Source of the DNA: an uncultured Acidobacteriota bacterium
GTDB lineage: Bacteria; Acidobacteriota; UBA6911; RPQK01; JAPXNP01
Length of the DNA: 64,000 nt
NCBI GenBank assembly: GCA_963777605.1
Contig: CAVZRV010000028.1
Span: forward strand, 96,001-160,000
Reading direction: 5' to 3'
Each line of letters begins with the position of its first letter. The stretch's first letter is position 1. Below are positions 1-10,143 of the stretch, piece by piece. The notes beneath the pieces are model-generated. The model worked only from the letters and a program-made list of their open reading frames with translations. It did no database searches and had not been told where the DNA came from. Made by a program: the position numbers and the translations under genes.

Positions 1-142
1 CAACCTGGTATCAGAGGTGTCCGGCCAGCTTGTCTCTGAGTCAGTGCCCATCAACCATACACCGAGTATCATGGGCCCGGCCTGCGGAATCCGTGGCCTA
101 AGGAGATTTCCCCGGGAACTCAGCCCACTGGCTTCGAGCATT

Positions 143-517
143 TCACTTTTTGGATTTCTTGCCTTTCTTCTTTTTCTTCTTCGACTTGCCCTTCTTCTTT
201 TTCTTGTCCTTATCCTTCTTGTGCTTGCCCTTCTTGCCGGTCTTGTGCTTCTTCGATTCCCTGTCCCGAGATTCTTCTGCGTCATCAGTGGAACTGTCCG
301 GTTCCGGCGCCAATTCACTTGACTCCACCCGCCTGGCCGCGACTTCAAGCGCATTCTGGCGGATTGCGGTGGCACGGGAGAGCGGGAACCCGGTGTATTT
401 GACGATCTTTTTGTCGGACAGCATCGCCAGATCCGGTACGGTGAGAACTCCTGCATCGAGCAGCTTTTGTGCGGTTGCCGGCCCAACACCCGGGACTTCG
501 GTGAGATCTTCCTTCAT
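143..517 (-). CDS. Helix-hairpin-helix domain protein with Lys-rich C-terminal tail
   Basis: LTEVPGVGPATAQKLLDAG is an HhH motif; the tail is KKHKTGKKGKHKKDKDKKKKKGKSKKKKKK; an AAGGAG-like RBS precedes the ATG at 517. Confidence 0.7.
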   Translation of the reverse strand: MKEDLTEVPGVGPATAQKLLDAGVLTVPDLAMLSDKKIVKYTGFPLSRATAIRQNALEVAARRVESSELAPEPDSSTDDAEESRDRESKKHKTGKKGKHKKDKDKKKKKGKSKKKKKKGKKSKK

Positions 518-817
518 TGCCCCTCCTTGGGCTCCATTCTGCACTCACAGATGGTAAAACGCCAAATACTTCCTTGGTGAATTCCTGAGCAAGCGACCCT
601 CGGCCCATCATGCCAGGGACCCCATGACCGGCTGGCCGGCACCTGGGTCGTCCGGGGTTGAATCTAATTCGCGCACTCAACGGAGTTGACTGAAATGTCC
701 GCGGCCGCCCCTGGTGCAGTCCCACGGCCGGAGAGCACACCTGCCCGATCTCTGCGCGCAATCCGGATTGAATCAGATCAGTTCAGAAACCAAAGACTCG
801 GGACGGGGTTCCCCTGA

Positions 818-2185
818 CTATTGGTACCCGAACAGAACCGGGAAACAGACGACTACCACTGCAGCCCACAACCCATATACGGGCAGATAGGCTGTTTGCC
901 AGCGCTCCACGGGTGCAAAGGGTGCCTTCGCCATCAGAAACCGGAGGTAGAGCACCGCCGACCAAGCGAGATTCACCAACAGGACCAGGTTCTCTCCCAG
1001 GGCCGCAACCCGGTTGGGGCTGAAGCCGAACTCGGTGATCCGGGCCGCGATCGCCCAGAGCGCGAAAGCATCAACCAGGAGTGCTCCGAGTACCAGCAGA
1101 AGTTGGAGTGCGTCGAAGAGTCCGGGCGGGGCCATTAGCTCTCTTGCGGATACGGAATAGAGAAGAAGTCCCAGCACCAGCACCAGGAGAAGGTCGAAGC
1201 TGATCAACACCTCCCGGTCCACGTTGATGCCGCTGCCCGTCCAGATCATGGTTGCGAGAAAAGCGAGGAGCAGGAGCAGGAAGAGCGGCGTGAAGAGCCG
1301 GGTCAACACGGGAGCCATGTTCTCGATCACGTTCTGCTTGGCCTCCACGAGCCACGCGCTGACCAGAACCGCGCCGACAACACCACAGGGCAACAACCAG
1401 GACTGAACAATCCATTCGACGTTGAGACCTATGGCGTTGAAGACGGCAAGCGTACAAGCCATCAGCACGCCGCCGCCGAAAGCGATCAGGGTGTAATAGA
1501 TGAACCACTCCCCGGTGAACCTCACGAAGTTCATGCGCCGCTCGTGATCCCTCCACGAGCCGCCCGTGTAGGCAAAGGCGACCGCCAGCCACAACACGAT
1601 CGGAAGATGAAGGGCAGTCAGGATCTCGGTGTGTCCCCGGGGTTGGTAAGGCATTACATTCACGACAACCGCGGAGACCGCGAAAAGGCCCGCCAACCCG
1701 GTCAGGGAAACCCGGTCGAGGCTGCGTTTCCAGGCGAAGAACACGGCCAGAAGCGGCAGCACGAAAAAGGTGAAGTTCCGAATGTAGAAGGAATTGTCCG
1801 CTTCCGGACCGGCAATCCTCAGCCCAAACAACTCCGGCACTTTAACTGCGATCGCCGCTGCGACAGCGAGCCCGACGGCGACAATCTCCTCGCGGCTCAG
1901 GAAGCTGTCCGGCTGATCTCCATCGGGTGACAGGATCAACTGTTTCCACAGCCGTTCTGAGTACTCCAGGGCGAACTCACGCGAAATTGCATCGAGGTTT
2001 CCGAGGCGCTTCACGGCCACAAGGAACGCTTCGTCAGATTTGAGACCCGCATCGCTCAGGCTCGTGATCTCATTGCGAAGGTGATCCTCGAGTTCTTCGA
2101 CATCCGCCGAACTCAAGACCTGCCGGCGAGAAAGGTATCTGCGCCACTCTCCGATGTGTTCTTCCAGAAATTGACTCGTCTCCAC
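818..2185 (-). CDS. Permease-prefix-domain-1 multi-pass membrane protein
   Basis: N-terminal DVEELEDHLRNEI...DEAFLVAVKRLG is followed by about 10 hydrophobic helices; GTG at 2185 follows a GGAGGAGG RBS; this is the typical PadR partner gene. Confidence 0.75.
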   Translation of the reverse strand: METSQFLEEHIGEWRRYLSRRQVLSSADVEELEDHLRNEITSLSDAGLKSDEAFLVAVKRLGNLDAISREFALEYSERLWKQLILSPDGDQPDSFLSREEIVAVGLAVAAAIAVKVPELFGLRIAGPEADNSFYIRNFTFFVLPLLAVFFAWKRSLDRVSLTGLAGLFAVSAVVVNVMPYQPRGHTEILTALHLPIVLWLAVAFAYTGGSWRDHERRMNFVRFTGEWFIYYTLIAFGGGVLMACTLAVFNAIGLNVEWIVQSWLLPCGVVGAVLVSAWLVEAKQNVIENMAPVLTRLFTPLFLLLLLAFLATMIWTGSGINVDREVLISFDLLLVLVLGLLLYSVSARELMAPPGLFDALQLLLVLGALLVDAFALWAIAARITEFGFSPNRVAALGENLVLLVNLAWSAVLYLRFLMAKAPFAPVERWQTAYLPVYGLWAAVVVVCFPVLFGYQ

Positions 2186-2211
2186 GTTTCCGCCTCCTCC
2201 AAGTCCCCCGC

Positions 2212-2565
2212 TTAGACACTCTCCGGGGCCCATCCGACCCCGGCAGCCCAGATTCCTCTCAGTGCCGAGTCGACGACTTCCCACTGGCGCCGGTGGCTGG
2301 CGAGCTCCTCCAGGCCCGACTGGGTGATGCGGTAATACTTGCGCCGCCGTCCAGTCTCAGATTCGCCCCAGGTTGACTCGATGAATCCGTTGCGTTCGAG
2401 GCGATGGAGCAGCGGGTAGAGCATTCCGTCGGTCCACTGGAGTTCGCTTCCGGAGAGTTCGCTAACGCGCTTGAGGATTGCATACCCCCAACTCTCCCCT
2501 TCGCTGAGGATTGCCAGCACCAGGGGAGTCGCCGAGGCCGCGACCAGGTCCTTGCCGATATTCAC
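2212..2565 (-). CDS. PadR family transcriptional regulator
   Basis: LVLAILSEGESWGYAILKRV...GMLYPLLHRLERNGFIES...RRRKYYRITQSG; GTG start at 2565. Confidence 0.9.
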   Translation of the reverse strand: MNIGKDLVAASATPLVLAILSEGESWGYAILKRVSELSGSELQWTDGMLYPLLHRLERNGFIESTWGESETGRRRKYYRITQSGLEELASHRRQWEVVDSALRGIWAAGVGWAPESV

Positions 2566-2609
2566 ATTCCGATTCCTTCCCTGCCGTGAGTTCCGATCGG
2601 AACCTAGAT

Positions 2610-2652
2610 GAATTATACATTGCGCCTTTATACATTGAGCTGTGATGTATTT
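2610..2652 (-). promoter_or_regulatory. Putative padR promoter with autoregulatory operator
   Basis: The minus strand carries TATAAT (2612-2617) preceded by TG. TTATACATTG is directly repeated (2613-2622, 2628-2637), and there is an ATACAT/ATGTAT inverted pair (2630-2650). Confidence 0.5.
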
Positions 2653-2996
2653 CAACATGGAGTGCCGAAAGCGCCAGCTTCCGCTTTTACCCAACCCGGA
2701 ATGGCTCAGTCGTGGAAAGGAAGCGAAAGCTTCCGTTGCCTCCATTCATTAGCACTTCGCACTTCGGTCTCGCACTTCTCCATCGAGATTCGAAATCGAC
2801 CTTCGGGCTTGACGCGTTCCACTTTCGTGGGGTTCCACGTTCAACGCCGGGTCAGTGCGGCTGGAGGGCTTGCCCTTGCGGCATCAACTGGGTGAAGCTT
2901 TCGCTTCCCATTCGGTGGGCCGGGGGTTTAAAGCGGAAGCTCTCGCTTCCGCACTTCCATGAGAATCTGGCGAGGAATTGGTCAATCAACCGTGAC

Positions 2997-3377
2997 TTAC
3001 AGCGCCTTGAGGTAGCGCTCGATCCAGCCGGCAATCTCGTCGAGCTCAGCCTGCCCCTCGATGATACGCCGGACAACGAACCGTTCCCCCTCGTCAGCGC
3101 CAACCGTCAGGACATGACCGTTCATGCGAAGGAAGACGGCGGTGAGGGCAAAGGACATGCGTTTGTTCCCGTCTACGAACGCGTGGTTGCGGGCCAGACT
3201 CTGCATTAGAGCGCCAGCCTGCTCCGAAAGAGACTGGTAATATCCCGATCTCGGTCTTGCCAGGCAGCTCTCCAGCAGCCCCCTGTCCCGAACACCGGGA
3301 GTTCCCCCGAAACGCTCGATCAGTTCGGCGTGCAAATAGAGCGCTTCTTCCAGAGTCGGGAAAAGTGTTTCCATCAC
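2997..3377 (-). CDS. Type II toxin, death-on-curing (Doc/Fic) family
   Basis: HAFVDGNKR matches the Doc-type motif; GVRDRGLLESCLARP. Confidence 0.9.
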   Translation of the reverse strand: MMETLFPTLEEALYLHAELIERFGGTPGVRDRGLLESCLARPRSGYYQSLSEQAGALMQSLARNHAFVDGNKRMSFALTAVFLRMNGHVLTVGADEGERFVVRRIIEGQAELDEIAGWIERYLKAL

Positions 3378-3390
3378 GCGGGCTCCGTCC

Positions 3391-3609
3391 TTAGCGGGCT
3401 AACCGGGTCAACAGGTCGGCGTTCTCATCGAGAACCGTAGCCGCGGCCTTCCGAAACGCCGGACGCAGGCGCACCGTCTGGAGGTGGACGGAGACTGCCT
3501 CGGTCAGAACCACCGAGATCTGCTGGTTCGACTCCTTGGCGTACCGCCGGAGTTCGGCCAGGACCTTCCGGTCCATCTGAGAGCTGAATTTTTCCAGCTG
3601 CTCACTCAT
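3391..3609 (-). CDS. Putative antitoxin (ribbon-helix-helix-like)
   Basis: 72-aa ORF directly upstream of the Doc toxin; beta-alpha-alpha N-terminus (KFSSQMDRKVLAELRRYA); C-terminal ENADLLTRLAR resembles Doc antitoxin tails. Confidence 0.7.
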   Translation of the reverse strand: MSEQLEKFSSQMDRKVLAELRRYAKESNQQISVVLTEAVSVHLQTVRLRPAFRKAAATVLDENADLLTRLAR

Positions 3610-3734
3610 GACTCCATCCTATCATGATGAATCAAGAATTGACTTGAAAGCAACGCATACCCATTGATGGAGCGACTTCGGAACATGCCGTACGCGTCGC
3701 TGCAATGGGACCGAACTCAAGCGCCGAGCCGGAT

Positions 3735-4409
3735 TCACTGGTGGGAAGCGGTGAATATTAAGAAGTACTGGTAAGGCAAGAAAGTATATTCCTTTTCCAG
3801 CTCGAAACCCGACTGCTTCATCTCGTCAATCAGATCCTGGCGAGGGATCTTCATACTCGTCGGCGGCCCGACGGGCAGATCGCGCTTCTGAAAATCGATC
3901 ATGATCACCTGTCCCCCGGGCTTGAGCATCCGTTTGAGCAATGAGAGGTAATGGGGGCGATCCTCGATGTGATGCCAAACGTCACAGATGAAGAAGCGAT
4001 CGATCGACCCGTCCGGCAGGAGTGGATCATCCGGGTCGGCCAGAACGGTGACCACGTTCGTCAGCTTCATGTCCCGGATGTGGCGGTTCATGTAGCGGAT
4101 CATGTCCGGGTTGATGTCCACGGCATAGACCCTTCCGCTCGCCCCGACATGTCGGGCAAATCGCAAGGTAAAGTAGCCCGATCCGGCTCCGATATCGGCA
4201 ATTGTCTCTCCCTCTTTCAGTGCCAGCGACGACACCACTTCATCCGGTTTCTGATAAGCGTCGCGAGCCGGGTCCTCCAGCATCGCGATATACGCCTTCG
4301 AATCCTGGTGGAGCCGATGCATTTCCTGCGCGGTTGACACGTGCGGGTTTTGCCCGGCAGCGAAGGCCGGTGACAGGAGGAGAACCGACAACCAAAGCTG
4401 CATTCTCAT
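3735..4409 (-). CDS. Class I SAM-dependent methyltransferase with signal peptide
   Basis: IADIGAGSGYFT, VYAVDI and LKPGG motifs; hydrophobic N-terminus MRMQLWLSVLLLSPAFA. Confidence 0.85.
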   Translation of the reverse strand: MRMQLWLSVLLLSPAFAAGQNPHVSTAQEMHRLHQDSKAYIAMLEDPARDAYQKPDEVVSSLALKEGETIADIGAGSGYFTLRFARHVGASGRVYAVDINPDMIRYMNRHIRDMKLTNVVTVLADPDDPLLPDGSIDRFFICDVWHHIEDRPHYLSLLKRMLKPGGQVIMIDFQKRDLPVGPPTSMKIPRQDLIDEMKQSGFELEKEYTFLPYQYFLIFTASHQ

Positions 4410-4717
4410 CGATATCGCCCTTTTTAGACGGTTCGTTAACTGATTGAAGTCCCAGGAACCGAGAGTCGCAAGCACCGTCTCACTGTGACAGCAAGCGATG
4501 ATCGACTCGCCGGGGAAGAGTTTCCAAACAAGGATAACAGGGGATTTCAAGTCACATCAAGATATCAACAGCCCCCGGTTGCCATGCCGGCTTCGGAGCC
4601 CTGGGAAACCGTTTTCATCGAGACAGGCGCTGACTTCTGTGCTTTACTGGTTTCTCCCGAAACTGGGCGTTGAAGTGTTGAACGGCTCTGTTTGAATTCC
4701 GTAAGGAGTGAAGCAAC

Positions 4718-6586
4718 GTGAACTCTTCTATCTTGATCCGGATCGGCAGCGTCGTGCTGTTTTCAGCTCTTTTCCTCTCGTGCACATCGAGGCCCGCCCA
4801 ACCGCCGAATATTCTTTGGATCACGTCTGAAGATAACGGCCCTCAACTGGGAGCCTATGGGGACGAGTTCGCGGTGACGCCTAACCTGGACTCTCTGGCC
4901 AGCCAGGGCATGATTTACACCAACGCGTGGTCGAACGCTCCGGTTTGCGCGCCCGCGCGGACCGCTATCATTGCCGGTGTCTACCCAACCTCGATCGGTG
5001 CGCAGCACATGCGGTCCATGGTCCGGCTCCCGGCCGGAATGAGGATGTATCCGCAGTTTCTCAGGCAAGCCGGCTACTACTGCACCAACAATTCGAAGGA
5101 GGATTACAACCTCGAGAAACCAGGACCAGTTTGGGACGACTCCTCAACGGAGGCCCACTTCAGAAACCGCCCCGAAGGCAGGCCCTTCTTCGCGGTTTTC
5201 AACATCATGAGCACTCACGAATCCCAGATCCGCAAGCGACCCCATACACCGGTCCACGACCCTGGCAAAGTCCGCGTCCCCGCATACCATCCCGACACCC
5301 CCGAAGTCCGACAGGACTGGGCTCAGTACTACGACAAGATGACCGAGATGGACGGGGAAGCAGGCGAGATTCTCGCCCAACTCCAGGCAGACGGGCTCGC
5401 CGAAGACACGATCGTCTTCTACTATGGTGATCACGGCCCCGGGCTCCCGCGGTCAAAGCGCTACCCGTACAATTCAGGCCTCCTCGTCCCCATGATTGTC
5501 TACATCCCTCCAAAGTACCAGCATCTGGCGCCCGCGGACTACACCGCAGGGGGTTCTTCAGCCCGCCCGGTCGCGTTCGTCGATCTCGCGCCAACCGTAC
5601 TTTCGCTCGCCGGCATCGAGCCTCCGGAGTACATGCAGGGAGAGCCGTTCCTGGGTCCTTACGCCCAGCCGCCGCGAGAGTTCAACTACGGGTTTCGCGG
5701 CCGCATGGATGAACGCTACGACATGACACGATCGGTTCGGGACGGCCGCTACAGCTACCTCCGCAACTACAATCCGCACAAAATCTACGGCCAGTATGTC
5801 GACTACATGTTCCAGACGCCGACCACTCAAGTGTGGCACCGTCTCTACCAGGAGGGAAAGCTTGAGCCTCCGCAAACCTATTTCTGGGAGACCAAGCCCT
5901 ACGAAGAACTCTACGATCTCGAAGAAGATCCGGACGAGACCGTCAACCTCGTCGACCGGCCGGAGACCCAGGCGGTCGTCGACCGGCTGAGGGGTGCAAT
6001 GGACCGCCATCTGGAAGAAGTCCGCGACATTGGATTTCTTCCGGAGGCGGAATTCCAGAAGCGCGCAGCCGGCAGGACGCCCGGGGATGTGGCGAGAGAC
6101 GAGGAAAGCTACCCGTTCCGCGACATCAAGGCCGCGGCCGATTTGGCCGCCTCCATGAAACCGGGAGCAGACGAAGAGCTGAAGGCAGCCACGCTTCATC
6201 CTGATGCCGGAGTTCGATACTGGGGCGCCCTGGGATTTCTGGTTCGTGGAAAGGAGTCCGTCAGGTCCAATCGGGAGACGCTTCACCATCTGCTCGAGGA
6301 CAAGTCGGAGGTGGTGCGAATCACGGCGGCTGAAGCTCTCGGCAGATACGGAACTGAGGCGGATGCCGCCCAGGCCCTCGATGTCCTGATCAGCTACGCC
6401 GATCCTGAGAAAAACGGGATCTATCTCGGCACGATGGCGATGAACGCACTCGACACCATGGACGAACGCGCTGCATCGGCAGCGGATGAGATTGAGTCTC
6501 TTCCCGATTCCGACCCCTCGGCCGACCAGCGGCTTCGAGATTATGTCGGTCGGCTCAAGTCGAAGATCCTGGCTGATCTCGAGTAG
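4718..6586 (+). CDS. Sulfatase (lipoprotein) with C-terminal HEAT repeats
   Basis: PNILWITSED, the CAPAR formylglycine motif and GDHG; HEAT-like tail (VRITAAEALG). Confidence 0.9.
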   Translation: MNSSILIRIGSVVLFSALFLSCTSRPAQPPNILWITSEDNGPQLGAYGDEFAVTPNLDSLASQGMIYTNAWSNAPVCAPARTAIIAGVYPTSIGAQHMRSMVRLPAGMRMYPQFLRQAGYYCTNNSKEDYNLEKPGPVWDDSSTEAHFRNRPEGRPFFAVFNIMSTHESQIRKRPHTPVHDPGKVRVPAYHPDTPEVRQDWAQYYDKMTEMDGEAGEILAQLQADGLAEDTIVFYYGDHGPGLPRSKRYPYNSGLLVPMIVYIPPKYQHLAPADYTAGGSSARPVAFVDLAPTVLSLAGIEPPEYMQGEPFLGPYAQPPREFNYGFRGRMDERYDMTRSVRDGRYSYLRNYNPHKIYGQYVDYMFQTPTTQVWHRLYQEGKLEPPQTYFWETKPYEELYDLEEDPDETVNLVDRPETQAVVDRLRGAMDRHLEEVRDIGFLPEAEFQKRAAGRTPGDVARDEESYPFRDIKAAADLAASMKPGADEELKAATLHPDAGVRYWGALGFLVRGKESVRSNRETLHHLLEDKSEVVRITAAEALGRYGTEADAAQALDVLISYADPEKNGIYLGTMAMNALDTMDERAASAADEIESLPDSDPSADQRLRDYVGRLKSKILADLE

Positions 6587-6675
6587 GTGGTCCGCTTCTC
6601 GGAACCGCAGCGCGGAACGCTGCCCGCTGGAAGAATTGAAGCCGGGCCCGGGCGGGCTTCAGAACACTAGAACGG

Positions 6676-8400
6676 TCATTCCGCAGGGTCGATCAGCGCC
6701 ACGGTATAGCTGAATTCCCTTGCTATCCCCCCAACCTTGACGTTGCTGATCGTCACGTTATGACCGGAGTTCAGCAGAACTTCATTGGGATCGGGGACCC
6801 AGACGATCGAGTTGTCTCCAAACCCGTTGGCGACCGTCTCGACGGTGACCTGGATCGGGAACTCGGGGCCCCGGTCCATCGTCACGGTTGCCTCGCTGAA
6901 GTCCGCGTCCGGGTACGAGAACGACCAACGCTCGAAGACGAGTTGGTAAGGGACATATCCCTGTGGAGGCCAGGCAGTTTCGACGAGCGGTCCGGAAGCG
7001 AAATTTCCGATCACCCAGAGCGCATTGGCCGAATCCTGGTCGGTGACAGCCGTTCCCGAGCCGATAACTCGCTGGCGGGGATAGAGAATCCATCGGCGGT
7101 GACCGGCCGAAGTGTTTCCGGGTCCGGCATCGCGGATGTAACCATCGACGATGTTCGAGACCGATGGTGCTTCGCCCTTGAGGTAGAAGAGGTTGGATTT
7201 CGCTGAAGCTTCTTTTCCGTCCTCGCTGTAGCACACCCAGGACGCCTGCGGATCGTGGTCGGCCCGGTTGTTCGCAATCATGATCAGGGCGGCAGCCTGC
7301 GCCTTCGCATTGAGGTCATCGTCGAGGACCAGATCGCCGGGGGCTCCGGCCATGGCGCGAAAGTAATTGATTCGGCGCAGCAGGGCTCGATTGAAAGAAT
7401 CGGAGACCGCACCGGGTAAACAGGTGTCCTCGTTGCCCGTCCAGTCTGCGACAAAACCTTCCGAAGCCTCGTAGAAATTGCGGTAGAGCTGGACTACGGC
7501 ATCCCGATCCCCGGAATCGACCGAAAGTCCGGTGTAGGGTACGGACTCCTCGTCCGCTTCTGCCGGCGCCGCTCCGAGCTGGACCGAAGCAAACTCGGGC
7601 GGAGACCCGACCAACAGGGTCGTGACGTAAAGCGGCTCGTCGCTGCTGATCTGGAATTGGGTCACGCGAGCATCGCGGGGCAACTCGGGAATAAAGCTGT
7701 AGGGGAAGAGCGCCTTCTGAACGTTTTCACCGCCGCCGAGATTAAATGTACCGGCGTACTGGGATCCGTCCGCTGCACGGGCGACGACCTGGACCTCGAC
7801 GGGCTGGTCGCCGTTTTCGGGATCGGGTTCCGGCGTCCACGGGTTGGCATCGATCGTCCGCTTCGCCACCACAGCCATTCCGGTATCAAAGGTCGTGTCA
7901 CTGGCACCGATCAGGCGATAACCCGTATGCGCCTCTTTGAGGCCCTGGACGGCTATTACGTCCGTGACCTGCCCCGCATCGTCCTCGAGGAAGTAGACCA
8001 GGGAGACCATCAGGTCGTCGATCGAATCGATTAGTTGAGGCTGCACGAACAGGTATCCGACCTGCAGTTCCTCGCTGCTGATTCGGTATATCGCGGATTC
8101 GCCGGCCTTCAGTGTGAAGTTGAGCCCACCCGCGTCCAGCACGAGTGGATCTCCATTGAACAGAGTGGTGAGTCCCGTCATCGGCTGGGTGACACCGTCC
8201 TGCCGATTCAACGCAAACGCTCCCTGCCAATCGCGCGTCAGGCCTGCGTTTCCGAGGCGCAGCTCAATGACCAGGTTTCCCCCTTCGGCGGGACCGACCG
8301 CCACTTGCGGAAAAACGATCCGCTCTGCCAGAAGCGGGAACGTAGTCAAAGCCGAACACAAAAGAAATGGGACGAGAACTGAAAGGCCTTTTCGACGCAT
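6676..8400 (-). CDS. Secreted CAP/SCP domain protein
   Basis: Signal peptide; C-terminal LRRINYFRAMAG...AQAAALIM...AGHRRWIL CAP signature. Confidence 0.75.
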   Translation of the reverse strand: MRRKGLSVLVPFLLCSALTTFPLLAERIVFPQVAVGPAEGGNLVIELRLGNAGLTRDWQGAFALNRQDGVTQPMTGLTTLFNGDPLVLDAGGLNFTLKAGESAIYRISSEELQVGYLFVQPQLIDSIDDLMVSLVYFLEDDAGQVTDVIAVQGLKEAHTGYRLIGASDTTFDTGMAVVAKRTIDANPWTPEPDPENGDQPVEVQVVARAADGSQYAGTFNLGGGENVQKALFPYSFIPELPRDARVTQFQISSDEPLYVTTLLVGSPPEFASVQLGAAPAEADEESVPYTGLSVDSGDRDAVVQLYRNFYEASEGFVADWTGNEDTCLPGAVSDSFNRALLRRINYFRAMAGAPGDLVLDDDLNAKAQAAALIMIANNRADHDPQASWVCYSEDGKEASAKSNLFYLKGEAPSVSNIVDGYIRDAGPGNTSAGHRRWILYPRQRVIGSGTAVTDQDSANALWVIGNFASGPLVETAWPPQGYVPYQLVFERWSFSYPDADFSEATVTMDRGPEFPIQVTVETVANGFGDNSIVWVPDPNEVLLNSGHNVTISNVKVGGIAREFSYTVALIDPAE

Positions 8401-8862
8401 CGAAACTTCTCCTTTTCCCCCGATTGATCAGCAACTGTACTAAAGCAACACCTCGGACTCAAGGGAAAATGAGCCGGGAGAAATGGGAACGGGAACACCA
8501 AACGGATTCGACATCTGGTGAATGTCTGCCTCCCGACAGGTTTCGAGTAAACTCCAGGCAGCACTTCTTCGTCTAAACCTGCAACAACGACTCTCACGTC
8601 GCGCCGGCGAGAGTCGTCCTCGAGCAATTGTTCAGGGAAATGTGAATTCAGCGAGTGGCGGGGTCGATTCGAAAGGGATCCCCCTTCTGCCGGGTGGGCG
8701 GACCTCCGGGATCCTGCACGGGCAAGCGTGCCTTTTCGATGGTACGGCGTCAACCATGAGCCGTGTCATAGCTTTCGCCAGTGAATCTGACGGTCGAACC
8801 CTTTGCATGAGTGGTTTGAACCTCCGCTGTGACTCGCGAAAAGCTCCGGAAGGGAGAAGGAA

Positions 8863-9762
8863 ATGGACTGCCTGAGACTATTCCTGAACACTGCAGCGGG
8901 TTTAATGATCGTATCTCTGGGCATTTTCGACTGCTCAGCACATCCGGTTCCCGATCTGGTCGTCAGCGGAAGACTGTTGAGCCACCAAGGTCAGGGCGGC
9001 AGCCTGGTGGTCCGACTGCGCTGCCCCCAATTTCAAGCTCAAACTCGGACCACGGAATCGGGACTTTTTGCGGTTCGGGTACCTCGAACAACCAGTCAAG
9101 ACTTCCTTTCATTGTCAACTCAGGAGGGTTGGCGATCCGAGGAACTATCCTTTTCCGACCTGCAGGCCAGAAGTTCGATGGAATGTTCTCTGCAGATACT
9201 TCGTTCGAGCACAATCCTGTCGCAACTTTGGGTAACCCTGCCACGCGGGCAACGGCATATCGATATCGGCGATCTCGAAATTGCCGACACGGTTACCCTG
9301 GGTTCGGACAAACCACTTACCGTACATTGGGCTTCTCTCGCTGCACCACCAGAGGCAAACGCAGCCTGTGCACAGGCAAGGAATGAACTCGGGAAGCAGC
9401 GCCCGAATCTCGAGAAAGCCAACCAACTCATCGAAAAGGCACTCCACCTGGATCCTGAAATGAAGGAAGCCTGGTATCTGAAGGCCTTTGCCGCAATGAG
9501 CACGGGAAATTTCGAAGCGGCCAGAGAGGCATCAGAGCGCGTCCATTCCAGCAACGATAGGGGTCGGTTTCCCAATATCGCTGTCGTTGACGCCCTCCTG
9601 CTCGCCCAGGACGGCAAAGTGGTCGAAGCAGCCTCCCTCCTCCGTTCCTTTCTCAGTCGGAATCCAGGGTACGAGAACCGGGCTGCAGTGGAGAAACAGA
9701 TAGATATCTGGGCGCCAACCGCCAGGACGCAGGAAGGTTCTCATCGATCGGAGGTTGATTAA
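8863..9762 (+). CDS. Hypothetical protein with C-terminal TPR repeats
   Basis: KANQLIEKALHLDPEMKEAWYLKA is TPR-like; beta-rich N-terminus. Confidence 0.55.
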   Translation: MDCLRLFLNTAAGLMIVSLGIFDCSAHPVPDLVVSGRLLSHQGQGGSLVVRLRCPQFQAQTRTTESGLFAVRVPRTTSQDFLSLSTQEGWRSEELSFSDLQARSSMECSLQILRSSTILSQLWVTLPRGQRHIDIGDLEIADTVTLGSDKPLTVHWASLAAPPEANAACAQARNELGKQRPNLEKANQLIEKALHLDPEMKEAWYLKAFAAMSTGNFEAAREASERVHSSNDRGRFPNIAVVDALLLAQDGKVVEAASLLRSFLSRNPGYENRAAVEKQIDIWAPTARTQEGSHRSEVD

Positions 9763-10143
9763 CGGAAACCGGGCATACCCCCTTGGACTGCTCAGCCCCC
9801 CCTGAGCCATAGAGCATTCAACTGGGCAGTTCCGCCGATGGATCTGAAGATCAGTCGTTCAGATAAGGGACGCCTCAGGATTGACTCAATCATATCCCGA
9901 CTGGACGGCGCCCGCGCGGGATCTGCCGGAGAATCTGCCCAGGAAGTGAGCCCGGTGGCCTGCTGCGGACGGGCTTCCTCCGTCGCCAAAGCGGACGGCG
10001 GCTCATCTGAACTCAGTGCGAGACAGAGGACTCTATCTGTGGTTTACTTACTTGCTTCGAGGTTTAGTGTTGAAACTTGAACCGCCCCATGCAACTTCCA
10101 TGCTGCTTTTCTCCAGCCTGGCACATCAGAATCTAAATCGCGT

